A stretch of 64,000 nucleotides of DNA. Origin: a virus. Numbering within the stretch: the stretch's first letter is position 1; each line of letters begins with the position of its first letter. The translations under genes and the position numbers were made by a program. The stretch spans positions 12,059 to 76,058 of the IMG/VR virus record IMGVR_UViG_3300009151_003928. One strand, given 5' to 3'. The notes beneath the pieces are model-generated. The model made no database searches and was not told the DNA's origin. It worked only from the letters and a program-made list of their open reading frames with translations. Below are positions 45,017-55,351 of this stretch, piece by piece.

Positions 45017-46223
45017 AACCCATTGCCCTGGCTATTTCAAGATGAGTATCCATGAAGTTTTGTTTACGGTAAGCATCTGTGCGTTGCATTTCAAATAAGA
45101 AACGTTTACCGTCACTGCCTTGACCAAGTTCAATAAACTTGATTACATTATCTATTTCTTGTTGATAATGACGACTAGTCCAAAAGGTTGTTTTTAATTT
45201 GTTAAGCACTAGTTCTTTAGCAGTAGGGGTCATATGTTGTATGTTCATATACTCCGGGCTGTGCATCATGTTAAAGTAAATGCTAGTCCACGGTTTAGTA
45301 TCTGCCCAGGCGAGCAGTTCATCTAAGTAATAGACATTTTGTATATTAATAGTAAAACATAGTTGTGTAGTAATATTAGAAGCAAAATCAGTTCTTGCAA
45401 AATGAGTTTTGTCTATGTTTTCATTTACTTCTTCCCACTTTGCACCAAATCGTTCGTATTCAAATCGCTTGCCTACGTTATCTATACTAAATGCAATATC
45501 TACACGACCAAACTGTGCCCATAGTTTTGTGTAAGGCAACGGGTTTTGTGTACCATTGGTATTGTAATGTATATCAATGTTACGACTATATCCTTTGTCT
45601 GCCGCATATTGTAGCAAGTCAAAGTGTTCCTGAATCATCCAGGGTTCGCCGCCTGTAAATTCAAAGTACTTAATATTTGGTAACAATGATCGCATGTTAT
45701 CCCAAAATGTAGTTGTTTTACGTGGCCAGGCGCCTTGCTTTAACCAAGTATATGCTAAATGCTTTTTCTTATCTTCGCCCGCTGGCAAGTAATTCATTTC
45801 TTCTGTGGCCCAACTGCTACTGGACCAAGAGCCGCATATACGACATTTAAGATTACAAATATTACCTAATTTTAAATCTACAAACCATAGCTGGTCAGGA
45901 TTGTTGTTAGACCAATCAACTTCCTTGTATATTTCTTTTAATCTTATTTGACTGTTGATACGCTTACTGTCACGGCCAGCATCTTCTTCGTCCCAACAAC
46001 GTTTACATGTCTTGGGCTTTTTACCAGCACGAAACTGCTCTCGTAAGTCTTGCATATATTTGCTATGGTACACAACTTCTAAATTTGTTTTGTTCAGGTC
46101 GTACTTGGCACCATTCTCATCGACAATTTCTTCGTCAGCAAGACAACAAGGGCGTGTAGTGCCCAATGGACTAGTCTCAACACTAATCCAAGGTAACATA
46201 CAAATTGTATTAGGTAGCGTCAT
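45009..46223 (-). CDS. N-terminal twitch-domain radical SAM protein
   Basis: CMLPW...PCC, CKRC, CNLKCRIC, TGGEP, YNTNG. Confidence 0.9.
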   Translation of the reverse strand: MTLPNTICMLPWISVETSPLGTTRPCCLADEEIVDENGAKYDLNKTNLEVVYHSKYMQDLREQFRAGKKPKTCKRCWDEEDAGRDSKRINSQIRLKEIYKEVDWSNNNPDQLWFVDLKLGNICNLKCRICGSWSSSSWATEEMNYLPAGEDKKKHLAYTWLKQGAWPRKTTTFWDNMRSLLPNIKYFEFTGGEPWMIQEHFDLLQYAADKGYSRNIDIHYNTNGTQNPLPYTKLWAQFGRVDIAFSIDNVGKRFEYERFGAKWEEVNENIDKTHFARTDFASNITTQLCFTINIQNVYYLDELLAWADTKPWTSIYFNMMHSPEYMNIQHMTPTAKELVLNKLKTTFWTSRHYQQEIDNVIKFIELGQGSDGKRFLFEMQRTDAYRKQNFMDTHLEIARAMGYE

Positions 46224-47445
46224 AATTCATTGCTCGTGCTATTTCTGGATGTGTTTCTGCAAAATTTTCATTGCGTAATTTGTCTAGTTGTTTCATCTTA
46301 ATACGGAACGAAGAACCATCTGTACTCATTGCTCTGTTAATAAAATCAATTATTTTGTTAATCTCTGGTTTATAAATATTGTTAAATTTTCCATTTTTTA
46401 ATTTTTCTATTACTAGCTGTTTGGCAGTATCGGTCATTTCACCAATGCTCATGTAACCAGGGAAATGTACTAGGCCAAAATGTACGTAATCAAATTTGTG
46501 CTGATCAAACCAATTGCATAATTCTTCAAGATAGTAGACATTTTGTATGTTTACTGTTGCGCTTATCTGAAGTTCTATGTGCGGCAAATGTTTTTTTAAT
46601 GCTTGAAATTTTATTATGTTTGCATTGACCTTGTCCCAATCTGCTCCGGATCGTTCTAGATTAAATTGTTTGCCAATTGCATCGATACTAAATGCTATTT
46701 CAACACGTTTAAAATTTTTCCATAAGTCTTCTGCACCCTCTGGGAATATGGTACCATTGGTATTATAAAACAAGTGTTGATATTTACTATAGCCATTATC
46801 CACGCTATATTGTAATAGATCAAAGTGCTCTTGTATCATAAAAGGTTCGCCACCAGTAAAATCTAAGAATTTAATCTTGGGTATTATTGTATAAAGTTCT
46901 TCCCAGAATCCTTTACTTGTGCGAGGCCACTCGCCTTCAACCAACCATGTTTTCTGAATGCTATTTTTACGTTGTTCATATGGTATCTGCATTAAACTTT
47001 CTTGGGCCCACTTGCTACTGATCATTGGGCCGCAGATACGACATTTAAGATTGCAAATGTTACCCAGTTTTAAATCCAAATATAAAAAATGTACCGGATC
47101 TAGCGTAGTAAAATTTAACATTGGCAATATCATATTCATTTTATGTAAATGATTAAGACGTTTGCTAGTTTTTCCTACGGCTTCTTCGTTCCAACAGCGC
47201 CGACATCCTGCAGGTTTTTTTCCGTCAATGAACTCTTGTCTTAGATTTTTCATCCAGTCACTGTGATATATTTCCATGATACTATCTGTAGCAAGGTTAT
47301 ACGGAGTACCGTTGGGACGTTTGATAATATCTTCGCTTATACAACATGGTCTGGTTGTTCCGGTAGTATTTGCCGCAATACTAGACCAAGGCAACATACA
47401 AGTTGTTGGATGTTTATTTAATGCCACAGGTTTGATTGCACTCAT
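46210..47445 (-). CDS. N-terminal twitch-domain radical SAM protein
   Basis: CMLPW...PCC, CRRC, CNLKCRIC, TGGEP; start placed at 47445. Confidence 0.9.
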   Translation of the reverse strand: MSAIKPVALNKHPTTCMLPWSSIAANTTGTTRPCCISEDIIKRPNGTPYNLATDSIMEIYHSDWMKNLRQEFIDGKKPAGCRRCWNEEAVGKTSKRLNHLHKMNMILPMLNFTTLDPVHFLYLDLKLGNICNLKCRICGPMISSKWAQESLMQIPYEQRKNSIQKTWLVEGEWPRTSKGFWEELYTIIPKIKFLDFTGGEPFMIQEHFDLLQYSVDNGYSKYQHLFYNTNGTIFPEGAEDLWKNFKRVEIAFSIDAIGKQFNLERSGADWDKVNANIIKFQALKKHLPHIELQISATVNIQNVYYLEELCNWFDQHKFDYVHFGLVHFPGYMSIGEMTDTAKQLVIEKLKNGKFNNIYKPEINKIIDFINRAMSTDGSSFRIKMKQLDKLRNENFAETHPEIARAMNYDAT

Positions 47446-48403
47446 ATATTTTTCCAGTTGGAACAGTTTTGTCCCAGGATTCTTCAATTTTATTAAACCA
47501 TGCTATTGCATGTTCTAGTCCGTACTCTATTGCGTTATTTTCCATTATTAAAGGTTTTAACTGTGCGTTACTTGGACGACTATTACTATGTAAAGGATAG
47601 TAGCCCAGCCAGCAACAAGGGTACACTTCGCCGTTGCTTGCTACATATACTTCTTGCATTTTTTTAGCATAGCAACTAATTTCTCTATTTTCAGTCTCTG
47701 ACATAACTGCTATAGTAGGATCAGTTTCGTAATATTTGTAATTATTGTATAACTCATCAAAATTAGTTGATCCACGATAGTCGCCAATGGTATGACTTAA
47801 TCTTTTATCTGATGTAAACACTGGCATAGTATTGCGTCCTGCATCAACTAAATCAAATCTACTAAATCCTAAGTCTCTACTTAAACGTTCACACTCATTG
47901 ATTTGATGTTGATTATGATCAAATTTAATCATTGCCCATACTGCTTCTCCTCCAGCACGAATAAATTTTTGAGCATTGTCTAGTATAAACTCAAAGTCAG
48001 TATTTTGTCTATATAGTTGATGTGTATCACCCAATCCATCTAAACGAAAATATACGATTGGTTTAGACTTTGCCAGTCGTTCCCATATCTTTGGCTTAGC
48101 ACTAGCATTGGTACTAATTTCCAAACTTAATTTAGGATTAGAATGTACAATGTATTCAACAATTTCTACGCCATCTCTAGCTGTAACAAAATCGCCATAG
48201 TTGCCATTGATTTTAAAATTATCTAATTGTTGCAGGAACTCCGCACTGAATACTTCTTTAAATTCCTCTAGTGACATATCTCGCACAGGATACGTGTCAA
48301 TGATATCTACACCACGGTAATTGCGTAAGCAATCGGGACAAGCCGCATTACATCTGGAACTAATTTCTAAATGTATGCTACGTAAATCTTTATAGTTAAG
48401 CAT
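47414..48403 (-). CDS. Radical SAM protein with C-terminal SPASM/twitch domain
   Basis: CNAACPDC; C-terminal C...GEVYPCCW...C..TC. Confidence 0.9.
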   Translation of the reverse strand: MLNYKDLRSIHLEISSRCNAACPDCLRNYRGVDIIDTYPVRDMSLEEFKEVFSAEFLQQLDNFKINGNYGDFVTARDGVEIVEYIVHSNPKLSLEISTNASAKPKIWERLAKSKPIVYFRLDGLGDTHQLYRQNTDFEFILDNAQKFIRAGGEAVWAMIKFDHNQHQINECERLSRDLGFSRFDLVDAGRNTMPVFTSDKRLSHTIGDYRGSTNFDELYNNYKYYETDPTIAVMSETENREISCYAKKMQEVYVASNGEVYPCCWLGYYPLHSNSRPSNAQLKPLIMENNAIEYGLEHAIAWFNKIEESWDKTVPTGKIYECNQTCGIK

Positions 48404-49733
48404 TTAACGCTGAGAACTCCGGGAAGGTAGACCAAAAATTTTCACTACGTAAATCATCTAATGTTTTAATTTCTTGTACAAAACGTGGCCATAAGTCACT
48501 GCGGTCATTTGCAGTTAGGAAGTTTAAAATACTTTGGAATCCTACTGTAGCACGACGTAGTTTATCCTGTGGGTCTAACCACTTGATATGTTTTTGATAT
48601 GCTGGAATAATAACGTCTTGCTTGAACCATTCAGGGAAAATATCAATGCGATACCACTCAGGACTTTGGCAAATATTAATATTAAAATCCTTAGGTTCAA
48701 TTAACCCTAGCTCTACCCACTCTCGATGAAAGTCTAGTATATGTAGAATATTCATAGCACTAACTGTAGCACTAATGTAAAAGTCTACGTGTGGTACTTC
48801 TGTCATCATACGTCGACGATTGTCCACTGCCTGTGCCCAGTCTGTGCCTTTACGTATTAGTTCGCCACGAGCATAGCTACCGTCGAGGCTGGCTCCTACA
48901 TTTACTGTTTCAAACTTTTTCCAGTAATCAAATACGTGTTTGTCTTTGTAGCGCATTTCACTGAAGTTTGTATTGTAGATTAATCTACAATCTGTTTTAT
49001 CTTGTTCTAGTAACCGGTCTAATAGGAAATAATGTTCCTTCATGATCAATGGTTCGCCGCCAGCAAAGTATACTTGTTCCAAGTTAGGAATGTGCGGTTC
49101 CATTTGTTTTTGTATAGTTTCTTCGTCGCCGGCCGCATACTCTACACGTAACATTTCTCGACCTAGTACATCTGGCTTGCGGTTGTATAGTTTGACATGA
49201 TCGTTATACCAATTGCTACTAAAAATAGGACCGCAGGTGCGACAACTAAAATTACATAGGTTACTAAATCTAATATCCCAGTAACGGATTTTAAACTCGG
49301 GGTGTGTGCCATCTTCATGTGTTAGATCAACGTCCTTAATAAAATGTCCTTGGTTTCTGTTTGCTTCGTTACGCATACTAAAGAAACCGTTTTCTTCTTG
49401 CTCATAGCACTTGGTACATTCTGTACAAGGCCGGTCTTCAAGCATGTTCTTACGCATGGTTTTGTAACCATCTTGGTTCCAAACTTCTTCCATTGTGTTT
49501 TTGCGTAAGTCGCCAATTGGATGCCAGTAGTCTGCTAAACAGCAAGGGTATGTGCGCCCGTCGGGAAAGGCATGCATATGAGTCCATGGCAAGATACAAA
49601 ATGTCTTGCTTTCTGTTAGTCGTTCTACTTGTTTTTCTGTTAGGTCTTCTGCATCTATGTAGTAAGGCATCTTACTCATATAATCGTAACCTTTTTTATA
49701 AAATGCTTTTTGACGTTCTGCTTTATCTGTCAT
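48396..49733 (-). CDS. N-terminal twitch-domain radical SAM protein
   Basis: CILPWTH...PCC, CTKC, CNFSCRTC, AGGEP, YNTN. Confidence 0.9.
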   Translation of the reverse strand: MTDKAERQKAFYKKGYDYMSKMPYYIDAEDLTEKQVERLTESKTFCILPWTHMHAFPDGRTYPCCLADYWHPIGDLRKNTMEEVWNQDGYKTMRKNMLEDRPCTECTKCYEQEENGFFSMRNEANRNQGHFIKDVDLTHEDGTHPEFKIRYWDIRFSNLCNFSCRTCGPIFSSNWYNDHVKLYNRKPDVLGREMLRVEYAAGDEETIQKQMEPHIPNLEQVYFAGGEPLIMKEHYFLLDRLLEQDKTDCRLIYNTNFSEMRYKDKHVFDYWKKFETVNVGASLDGSYARGELIRKGTDWAQAVDNRRRMMTEVPHVDFYISATVSAMNILHILDFHREWVELGLIEPKDFNINICQSPEWYRIDIFPEWFKQDVIIPAYQKHIKWLDPQDKLRRATVGFQSILNFLTANDRSDLWPRFVQEIKTLDDLRSENFWSTFPEFSALNA

Positions 49734-51106
49734 ATTGAATTATACCATTCGGTTAATGAGGGAAACGCTTGTGTAAAGTTTTTGTTCCGTCGTTGGTCGT
49801 ATTGTGTATAGAACTGTTTAAAGTCTCGTTGTAAGACTGATTGTTCTGCGGCACCCATGTGTGGAGTTTTAACTACATCTAAATAATCTATCAGACGTTG
49901 TAGTTGATTAAGTTCAAACTGATGTAGTAACGGATTCTTGCTGTTATTATCAAACCATGCTTGTAGGCGTAGTTTGTATTGGTGGCGTATTTCGTCTGGG
50001 AGTACTAACGGACTTTGAAAACTTGGAAAGCGTAATATATTTAGCGAAAATGTAGGATAGTCTTTTCCGCACAAGTCTTTCCACTCTAAACATTGATCCA
50101 GGAACTCAGGTAAACTATCTAAGCATAGTGCATTAACGGTACACATCATATGGAAGCCTTCTATATTACCGCGTTCCAATACTTTATCTACATTACCGGT
50201 CCATTTATCCCACACTAGGCCATCGCGAATATATTCACTTTGAATACCCACTGCTTCATTGCTTGTGTACAAGTGAAAGTGTTTAAGGCTATGTGATGCA
50301 TCAATTAAACGATCTATTAAGTCATCCTTTGCACCAAGGTTACTATTCATAGCAAACCGCATGTCTGGATTAACTCGATTATCGTTGTTCTTGAACCATT
50401 CTAATAGCTTCCACGTGTCTCCCGACATAAGTGGCTCACCGCCGGTTAATCTTAGCTCCAGTAACGATCTATGAAGGTCAGATTCCCACCACTTAAAGAA
50501 CGCCTCAACATAAGGATTATACTCACCAAACTTGTAAAGCTGACTACTACCATGGCTATGAGTAAAATGATTCCTGCCGTCTGAAGTGAGGCCGGTAAAA
50601 GGTCCATTGGTGTCAATATCTTTAACCCAAGTGCTACTGAAAGCAGGGTTACAGTAACTACACCCAAAATTGCATGTGCGATCAAAAGCAATTTCAAGCG
50701 TTCGTAAATCCACATCACTGCTGGCTGGCTGAGCATACGCTGTCTCCAATTCTTTGTCTGTATATATAACTGTCTTATAAACGCGATCACTAATGTTATC
50801 ACGTCCTATATCTTCTATCTTCCAGCAGTACTCGCATCCGCTGGGTCTTTCTCCCTTTTGCATCTGCTCACGTTCCATTTTCTTTTTTTGCGTATTATGT
50901 AACGCCTTTGGATTATGTGCAAGATCTTCAACATCAATGGCATGTGGCAACGGGTGATGACAACTTGTAGTTTGTCCACTACCTAACCATATCGTGGCAT
51001 TGTACCATTTGGCTCCGCAGAATGACTCCGACTTAATGTCGATTACCCTGCGTTTATATTCTATATCTGTTTCGTTTTTAATTCTGGGCATAGTATCGGC
51101 ATTCAT
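49730..51106 (-). CDS. N-terminal twitch-like radical SAM protein
   Basis: CGAKW...SCHHP, CEYCW, CNFGCSYC, TGGEP. Confidence 0.9.
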   Translation of the reverse strand: MNADTMPRIKNETDIEYKRRVIDIKSESFCGAKWYNATIWLGSGQTTSCHHPLPHAIDVEDLAHNPKALHNTQKKKMEREQMQKGERPSGCEYCWKIEDIGRDNISDRVYKTVIYTDKELETAYAQPASSDVDLRTLEIAFDRTCNFGCSYCNPAFSSTWVKDIDTNGPFTGLTSDGRNHFTHSHGSSQLYKFGEYNPYVEAFFKWWESDLHRSLLELRLTGGEPLMSGDTWKLLEWFKNNDNRVNPDMRFAMNSNLGAKDDLIDRLIDASHSLKHFHLYTSNEAVGIQSEYIRDGLVWDKWTGNVDKVLERGNIEGFHMMCTVNALCLDSLPEFLDQCLEWKDLCGKDYPTFSLNILRFPSFQSPLVLPDEIRHQYKLRLQAWFDNNSKNPLLHQFELNQLQRLIDYLDVVKTPHMGAAEQSVLQRDFKQFYTQYDQRRNKNFTQAFPSLTEWYNSI

Positions 51107-52463
51107 CCCAAAACTCTTTCATCTGCGGAAAGGTTTCTAGGAAATTAGTATTGCGACGTTTATCATGTTCATTGAAGAATCTGTAAAAGTCTGCACGTTG
51201 CAGTTTAACATAGTCTGGATCTAAATTGCAACCTTCTTTCATCCAATCTATGTCTCGACGCATACGCTGTACTTCGTAATCTTTAAATCCATGAAACGGA
51301 TCATCTGCTGTTTCTAAATTAAGTTCCATCCAGTCAGCTACACGTTCTAAATGTTTAGAATATACTGGCGGCAGTATTTGTAAACTTTGCCATTTAGGCT
51401 GACGTAACAAGGGAGTATCAAACCAAACACGTTGATAGGTTGTGCTGTGTTGGCGACGCAAATCTAATATCCACTCGAGTTGTTGTTGTAGGCCTAGTAC
51501 ACTTAAATTATTCATTGTGATAATAAATGTAAGACTATTACGATAAGGTATCTCAGTTAAGAAACGCTGTACATTGTGTGCTACTCTTTTGTAATTTAGT
51601 CCATTGCGAATATATTCTGCATGGTCTGGTTTCCCGCTATCTAAACTTACATACTGCATGAAGTGTTCAATTTGTGTATTACATAGATTCTTTACATAGC
51701 CCATGTATTTTTCAAATAATGAATCTTCTACACTAAAGTTACTAGTAACATCTAAATGCAGTTCAGGATTAGGTAATGCCAACACGTAGTCAAATACTCG
51801 ATATGTATTTTTATCCATAAGTGGCTCGCCACCAGTCATGCGGAAATGTTTTAGTTTTGGATAAAGGGTTGGAAACCATTCCCAAAATGCATCGACGTAA
51901 GGATTAGGTTGGGAATGTGGTATAGGCCTATTGCGCCCAGTAAAATGACTAGGATCATTATGTATTGTGCTTGTCGGGAAACCGCCAAACTTGTCCATTT
52001 CCGCTTGCCAACTTGAACTAAATTGGGGACTGCAATAACTACATTTAAGATTACACGCATGATTAAAGTTAACTTCGACGTACGACGGAACAACGTCCGT
52101 TTCATTACCGGTGCTTGATCGAATAAGTTCATAATCTTCTGCCGCCCACGGCTCTCCTGATCTATAATGTCTATCGCTTAGATTTCCTAAGTCTTCTTGG
52201 GTCCAACAATAACTGCATTCGCTAGGACGTTCGTCTTTTAACATAATAACACGTTGAGCTTTTTTATGCTCTGTGTTATGTAGTGCGCCCGGGTCATCTT
52301 TTAATACACTAGCATCAATTTGATGTAGTGGCGGATGATAACAACTATTATTTAACCCTGTAGGTAAATGTAGGCTGACTTGCTTCCATTTGGCTAAACA
52401 TAGCCCGTGCCCTAATTTTTCTTTCATCTGCTCTGCGGCAGACATAAAATCTGATTTACTCAA
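51078..52463 (-). CDS. N-terminal twitch-like radical SAM protein
   Basis: CLAKW...SCYHP, CSYCW, CNLKCSYC, TGGEP. Confidence 0.9.
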   Translation of the reverse strand: MSKSDFMSAAEQMKEKLGHGLCLAKWKQVSLHLPTGLNNSCYHPPLHQIDASVLKDDPGALHNTEHKKAQRVIMLKDERPSECSYCWTQEDLGNLSDRHYRSGEPWAAEDYELIRSSTGNETDVVPSYVEVNFNHACNLKCSYCSPQFSSSWQAEMDKFGGFPTSTIHNDPSHFTGRNRPIPHSQPNPYVDAFWEWFPTLYPKLKHFRMTGGEPLMDKNTYRVFDYVLALPNPELHLDVTSNFSVEDSLFEKYMGYVKNLCNTQIEHFMQYVSLDSGKPDHAEYIRNGLNYKRVAHNVQRFLTEIPYRNSLTFIITMNNLSVLGLQQQLEWILDLRRQHSTTYQRVWFDTPLLRQPKWQSLQILPPVYSKHLERVADWMELNLETADDPFHGFKDYEVQRMRRDIDWMKEGCNLDPDYVKLQRADFYRFFNEHDKRRNTNFLETFPQMKEFWDECRYYAQN

Positions 52464-53344
52464 AATCTGTTAACCTTACCTGTTGGTTTCCATAGTCGTT
52501 TAAAATCCGTACCCGATAGTATCGCTGTGTTTACATCGTTAACCCATGCTCTAGTTTCCTCAGGTATATAAATGTCTGTTACACGATCTAGATATTCTAA
52601 ATGCTCTGCTGGTAGTAGATGTGTATTAGTGCGCGATAATAACTGTTTAGATAATAAATGGTCTTCGTCTATTTCTAAACGCACACGCTTTTCTACACCT
52701 GTCCAATCTTGTTGTTCAAATGTTTTCCAAGTTGGCCACGCATCACCTTTGACTGTATTATAATACTGTTCTAGCATTACTAAGTCCTTAACACCAGGAC
52801 GACTATACCAATCAAATGCAAATACAACTTCAAACACACTAGGTGCTATATTTTGTATGTCCTCTGAATAAAGACTAACAATCTTGGTGTCCATGCTAAA
52901 CACCCTAAAGATATTGTCATCCGGGACATTAAGTGGAACAGTACTAAAAAACTTATATGTGCATCCTATAGATTCTAGTATAGATCTGACTGCTGATACA
53001 TGTGCCATGTCTCTAATCAAATATCCAGTTGGATCAGCATACTCGCGAACAAAGTCTTGGCTGTATATAGTTTGATTATATATGCTACCTGGGGTAATCC
53101 AACCTTGTCCTTTAACATAACGATCTTCTCTACCAATGTTGGTCCACATAATCATTACTGTGTCGTCTTTGGTAATAGTGTTACGTTTAATTGCTTCCAT
53201 AACACTATAAAATATAAAACTATTTCCGGCTCCCGGTAATGCCCAATTTTGATATTGATCATATTCTCGTGCTAGTATATCTGCCCAGGTCGGCCAGTTA
53301 CAGCTAGTAGCACTACATCCAAAAGCGAAGAATCTTGTTGTCAT
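52460..53344 (-). CDS. SGNH-like protein
   Basis: FGCS.T...WPTWAD, GAGN, MWT...RED, H..P.EH. Confidence 0.65.
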   Translation of the reverse strand: MTTRFFAFGCSATSCNWPTWADILAREYDQYQNWALPGAGNSFIFYSVMEAIKRNTITKDDTVMIMWTNIGREDRYVKGQGWITPGSIYNQTIYSQDFVREYADPTGYLIRDMAHVSAVRSILESIGCTYKFFSTVPLNVPDDNIFRVFSMDTKIVSLYSEDIQNIAPSVFEVVFAFDWYSRPGVKDLVMLEQYYNTVKGDAWPTWKTFEQQDWTGVEKRVRLEIDEDHLLSKQLLSRTNTHLLPAEHLEYLDRVTDIYIPEETRAWVNDVNTAILSGTDFKRLWKPTGKVNRF

Positions 53345-54402
53345 TTTATATCTTTAAAAGTTTCCACAATTTGTTGCGGTTTTAATCGAAGGAATGTGGT
53401 ATAGTTATGATCCAGTACAGGTTTCATTTCCTCTAATTTACTTATTAATTCGCCTGGGCTCCAAGAACTTATTGTTGATACCAGCCCTATAATAGACTTT
53501 ATTCTATCAGTGCCATATAGGTCGTCATAACTTTCGTCCCAAAAATCATTAAAAGTTTTAAATCCCAGGCGTCGCATATTGGCAAGATGTCCTCGGCCAG
53601 CGGCTGTGATAAAAGGTCGACGTGCCAGCATGGGGCGCCATGTTTTTTCTGTGCAAAAGAATACTTCACCTGTTAAATAACTTTCATGTACTATATCTAC
53701 AAAAATGTCATTGTAGTATTGTAATATGTTTAAATTGGCTGGCAACTGTATAGGATAATGATCGGGCTGTTTAATATGTGTGGCACATTCGGAGATAAAT
53801 TCTTTGTCTTCAGGAATAACTCTGGGACATGTTTGCAAGAACTCAATCACTTCCGGTAACACATCACATCGACGTTTAACTAAATCTTCAAGTCCAATGT
53901 AATCTACCTTGGTAGTATCTTTGGTTAGGTAATTGGTACCTAGGCCACCATGGAATGTCTGGAATGATTTGTTGGCATATTGATTATGTAATACTGCGGC
54001 TACCCATAGTCGGTTCCAGTTTGCTTTACCAATAAAATGCCCAAAATGTTTTGTAGGTGTATATGTATAAGTTATTGTATTGTCCCACAACCATTTGTGA
54101 ATTATGGGCAATTCAAACCACGATTCTATGATTCGTTCTATTTTGTATTCGGGGTGGCGTTCAATTATATTTCCAGTGCGTATTGTGATATTGGATTTAG
54201 GATAATCATTACGTTCGCAAAAATTATCTAAGTACCAATACAAGCCGTTTCCTTGAAGACTGCTGGCCTCGGGTGCTACTGTGATCAGTGGGAGTGTATT
54301 GCTACGAACACATTCGTACAAATACATTATTAATAGATCTTTTCTCCAGAATTTGTTATCGTTAATTCCTACTTGATGCCATTTATATGCCGAATCATTC
54401 AA
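53341..54402 (-). CDS. TEK-motif glycosyltransferase-like protein
   Basis: DIVHES...CTEKTWRP....PF...GFKTF..FWDESYD. Confidence 0.65.
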   Translation of the reverse strand: MNDSAYKWHQVGINDNKFWRKDLLIMYLYECVRSNTLPLITVAPEASSLQGNGLYWYLDNFCERNDYPKSNITIRTGNIIERHPEYKIERIIESWFELPIIHKWLWDNTITYTYTPTKHFGHFIGKANWNRLWVAAVLHNQYANKSFQTFHGGLGTNYLTKDTTKVDYIGLEDLVKRRCDVLPEVIEFLQTCPRVIPEDKEFISECATHIKQPDHYPIQLPANLNILQYYNDIFVDIVHESYLTGEVFFCTEKTWRPMLARRPFITAAGRGHLANMRRLGFKTFNDFWDESYDDLYGTDRIKSIIGLVSTISSWSPGELISKLEEMKPVLDHNYTTFLRLKPQQIVETFKDIK

Positions 54403-55351
54403 TGTATGTTACCTCTGTTGTATATTTACGTTCCAATAATAAACTATGATTATGTTCTAGTATGGGTTGCATGCCAGCGTACATGTCTTCTAATTCTATT
54501 GTAGATTTACATGCTATAGTATCAATTAAGTCAAGTATCTTTATATATCTATGTAGTCCACTGTGCCCGTCGTATCCCTCGTCCCAAAAATCATGAAATG
54601 TACGAAATCCTAGTTGGCGTAAATGTATTAAAAATGATGTAGGTCCCATCACAATGAATGGTTTCTTTAACAGCATGGGTCGTATAGTTTTTTCTGTTGG
54701 GAAAAATGTTCTGCCAGTTATAAATGTTTCTGCCACAATATCGATTAAGAAATTAGAATAAAATTTAGCAAGTTGATCTGTATGTACTTGCGTTGTTACT
54801 CCGCATGTGTATCCATCTGCATCTTCTAATTGCTTGGGCAATTGATTGTATATTGACATAAAATTTTTAACAGATTCTGGATGTGCTAAAAATAGTTTAT
54901 CCAGTTCAAAGTGTCTGCGTTGATTTTCACTGCCAGGATCATATCTAACATTTACTGTAGACTGTGCTGGATAGCAAGCAAGCAAGTGGCTAGCTAATCC
55001 AATTCTTGACCAAGTTGGTCTATTATAAAATGCACCGTATACAGTATTTCTGTTCCAGTGCTGATATTGGCTGTAGTCAGTATCTAGCGGTACTTGCAAG
55101 AATCTAAAACGCTGTTTAATTAATGCGATATTATATTTAGAATGTATTTCTACAACATTATCTGTTACAATAGTAACTGACAAAAAGTTAAACATGTCTA
55201 ATATATCGTAAACCCCTAAACTAGATAAACAAACACCTTCAGCATGTGTTTCTATTGTGATATGTTGGCCCTGGCGATTTACTAAAAAGCTAAGGAACTC
55301 TTTATAATTCCAAATTAGTGTGTCATTGAGGTCTAATGTAAATCTATTCAT
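54395..55351 (-). CDS. TEK-motif glycosyltransferase-like protein
   Basis: DIVAET...PTEKTIRP....PF...GFRTF..FWDEGYD. Confidence 0.65.
   Translation of the reverse strand: MNRFTLDLNDTLIWNYKEFLSFLVNRQGQHITIETHAEGVCLSSLGVYDILDMFNFLSVTIVTDNVVEIHSKYNIALIKQRFRFLQVPLDTDYSQYQHWNRNTVYGAFYNRPTWSRIGLASHLLACYPAQSTVNVRYDPGSENQRRHFELDKLFLAHPESVKNFMSIYNQLPKQLEDADGYTCGVTTQVHTDQLAKFYSNFLIDIVAETFITGRTFFPTEKTIRPMLLKKPFIVMGPTSFLIHLRQLGFRTFHDFWDEGYDGHSGLHRYIKILDLIDTIACKSTIELEDMYAGMQPILEHNHSLLLERKYTTEVTYIE

Noticed and set aside
43724-52463. Classical RiPP cluster
   Set aside because: No clear leader/core precursor, RRE, protease or exporter; the glycan-enzyme context fits better. Kept only as an alternative for the 33-aa ORF.
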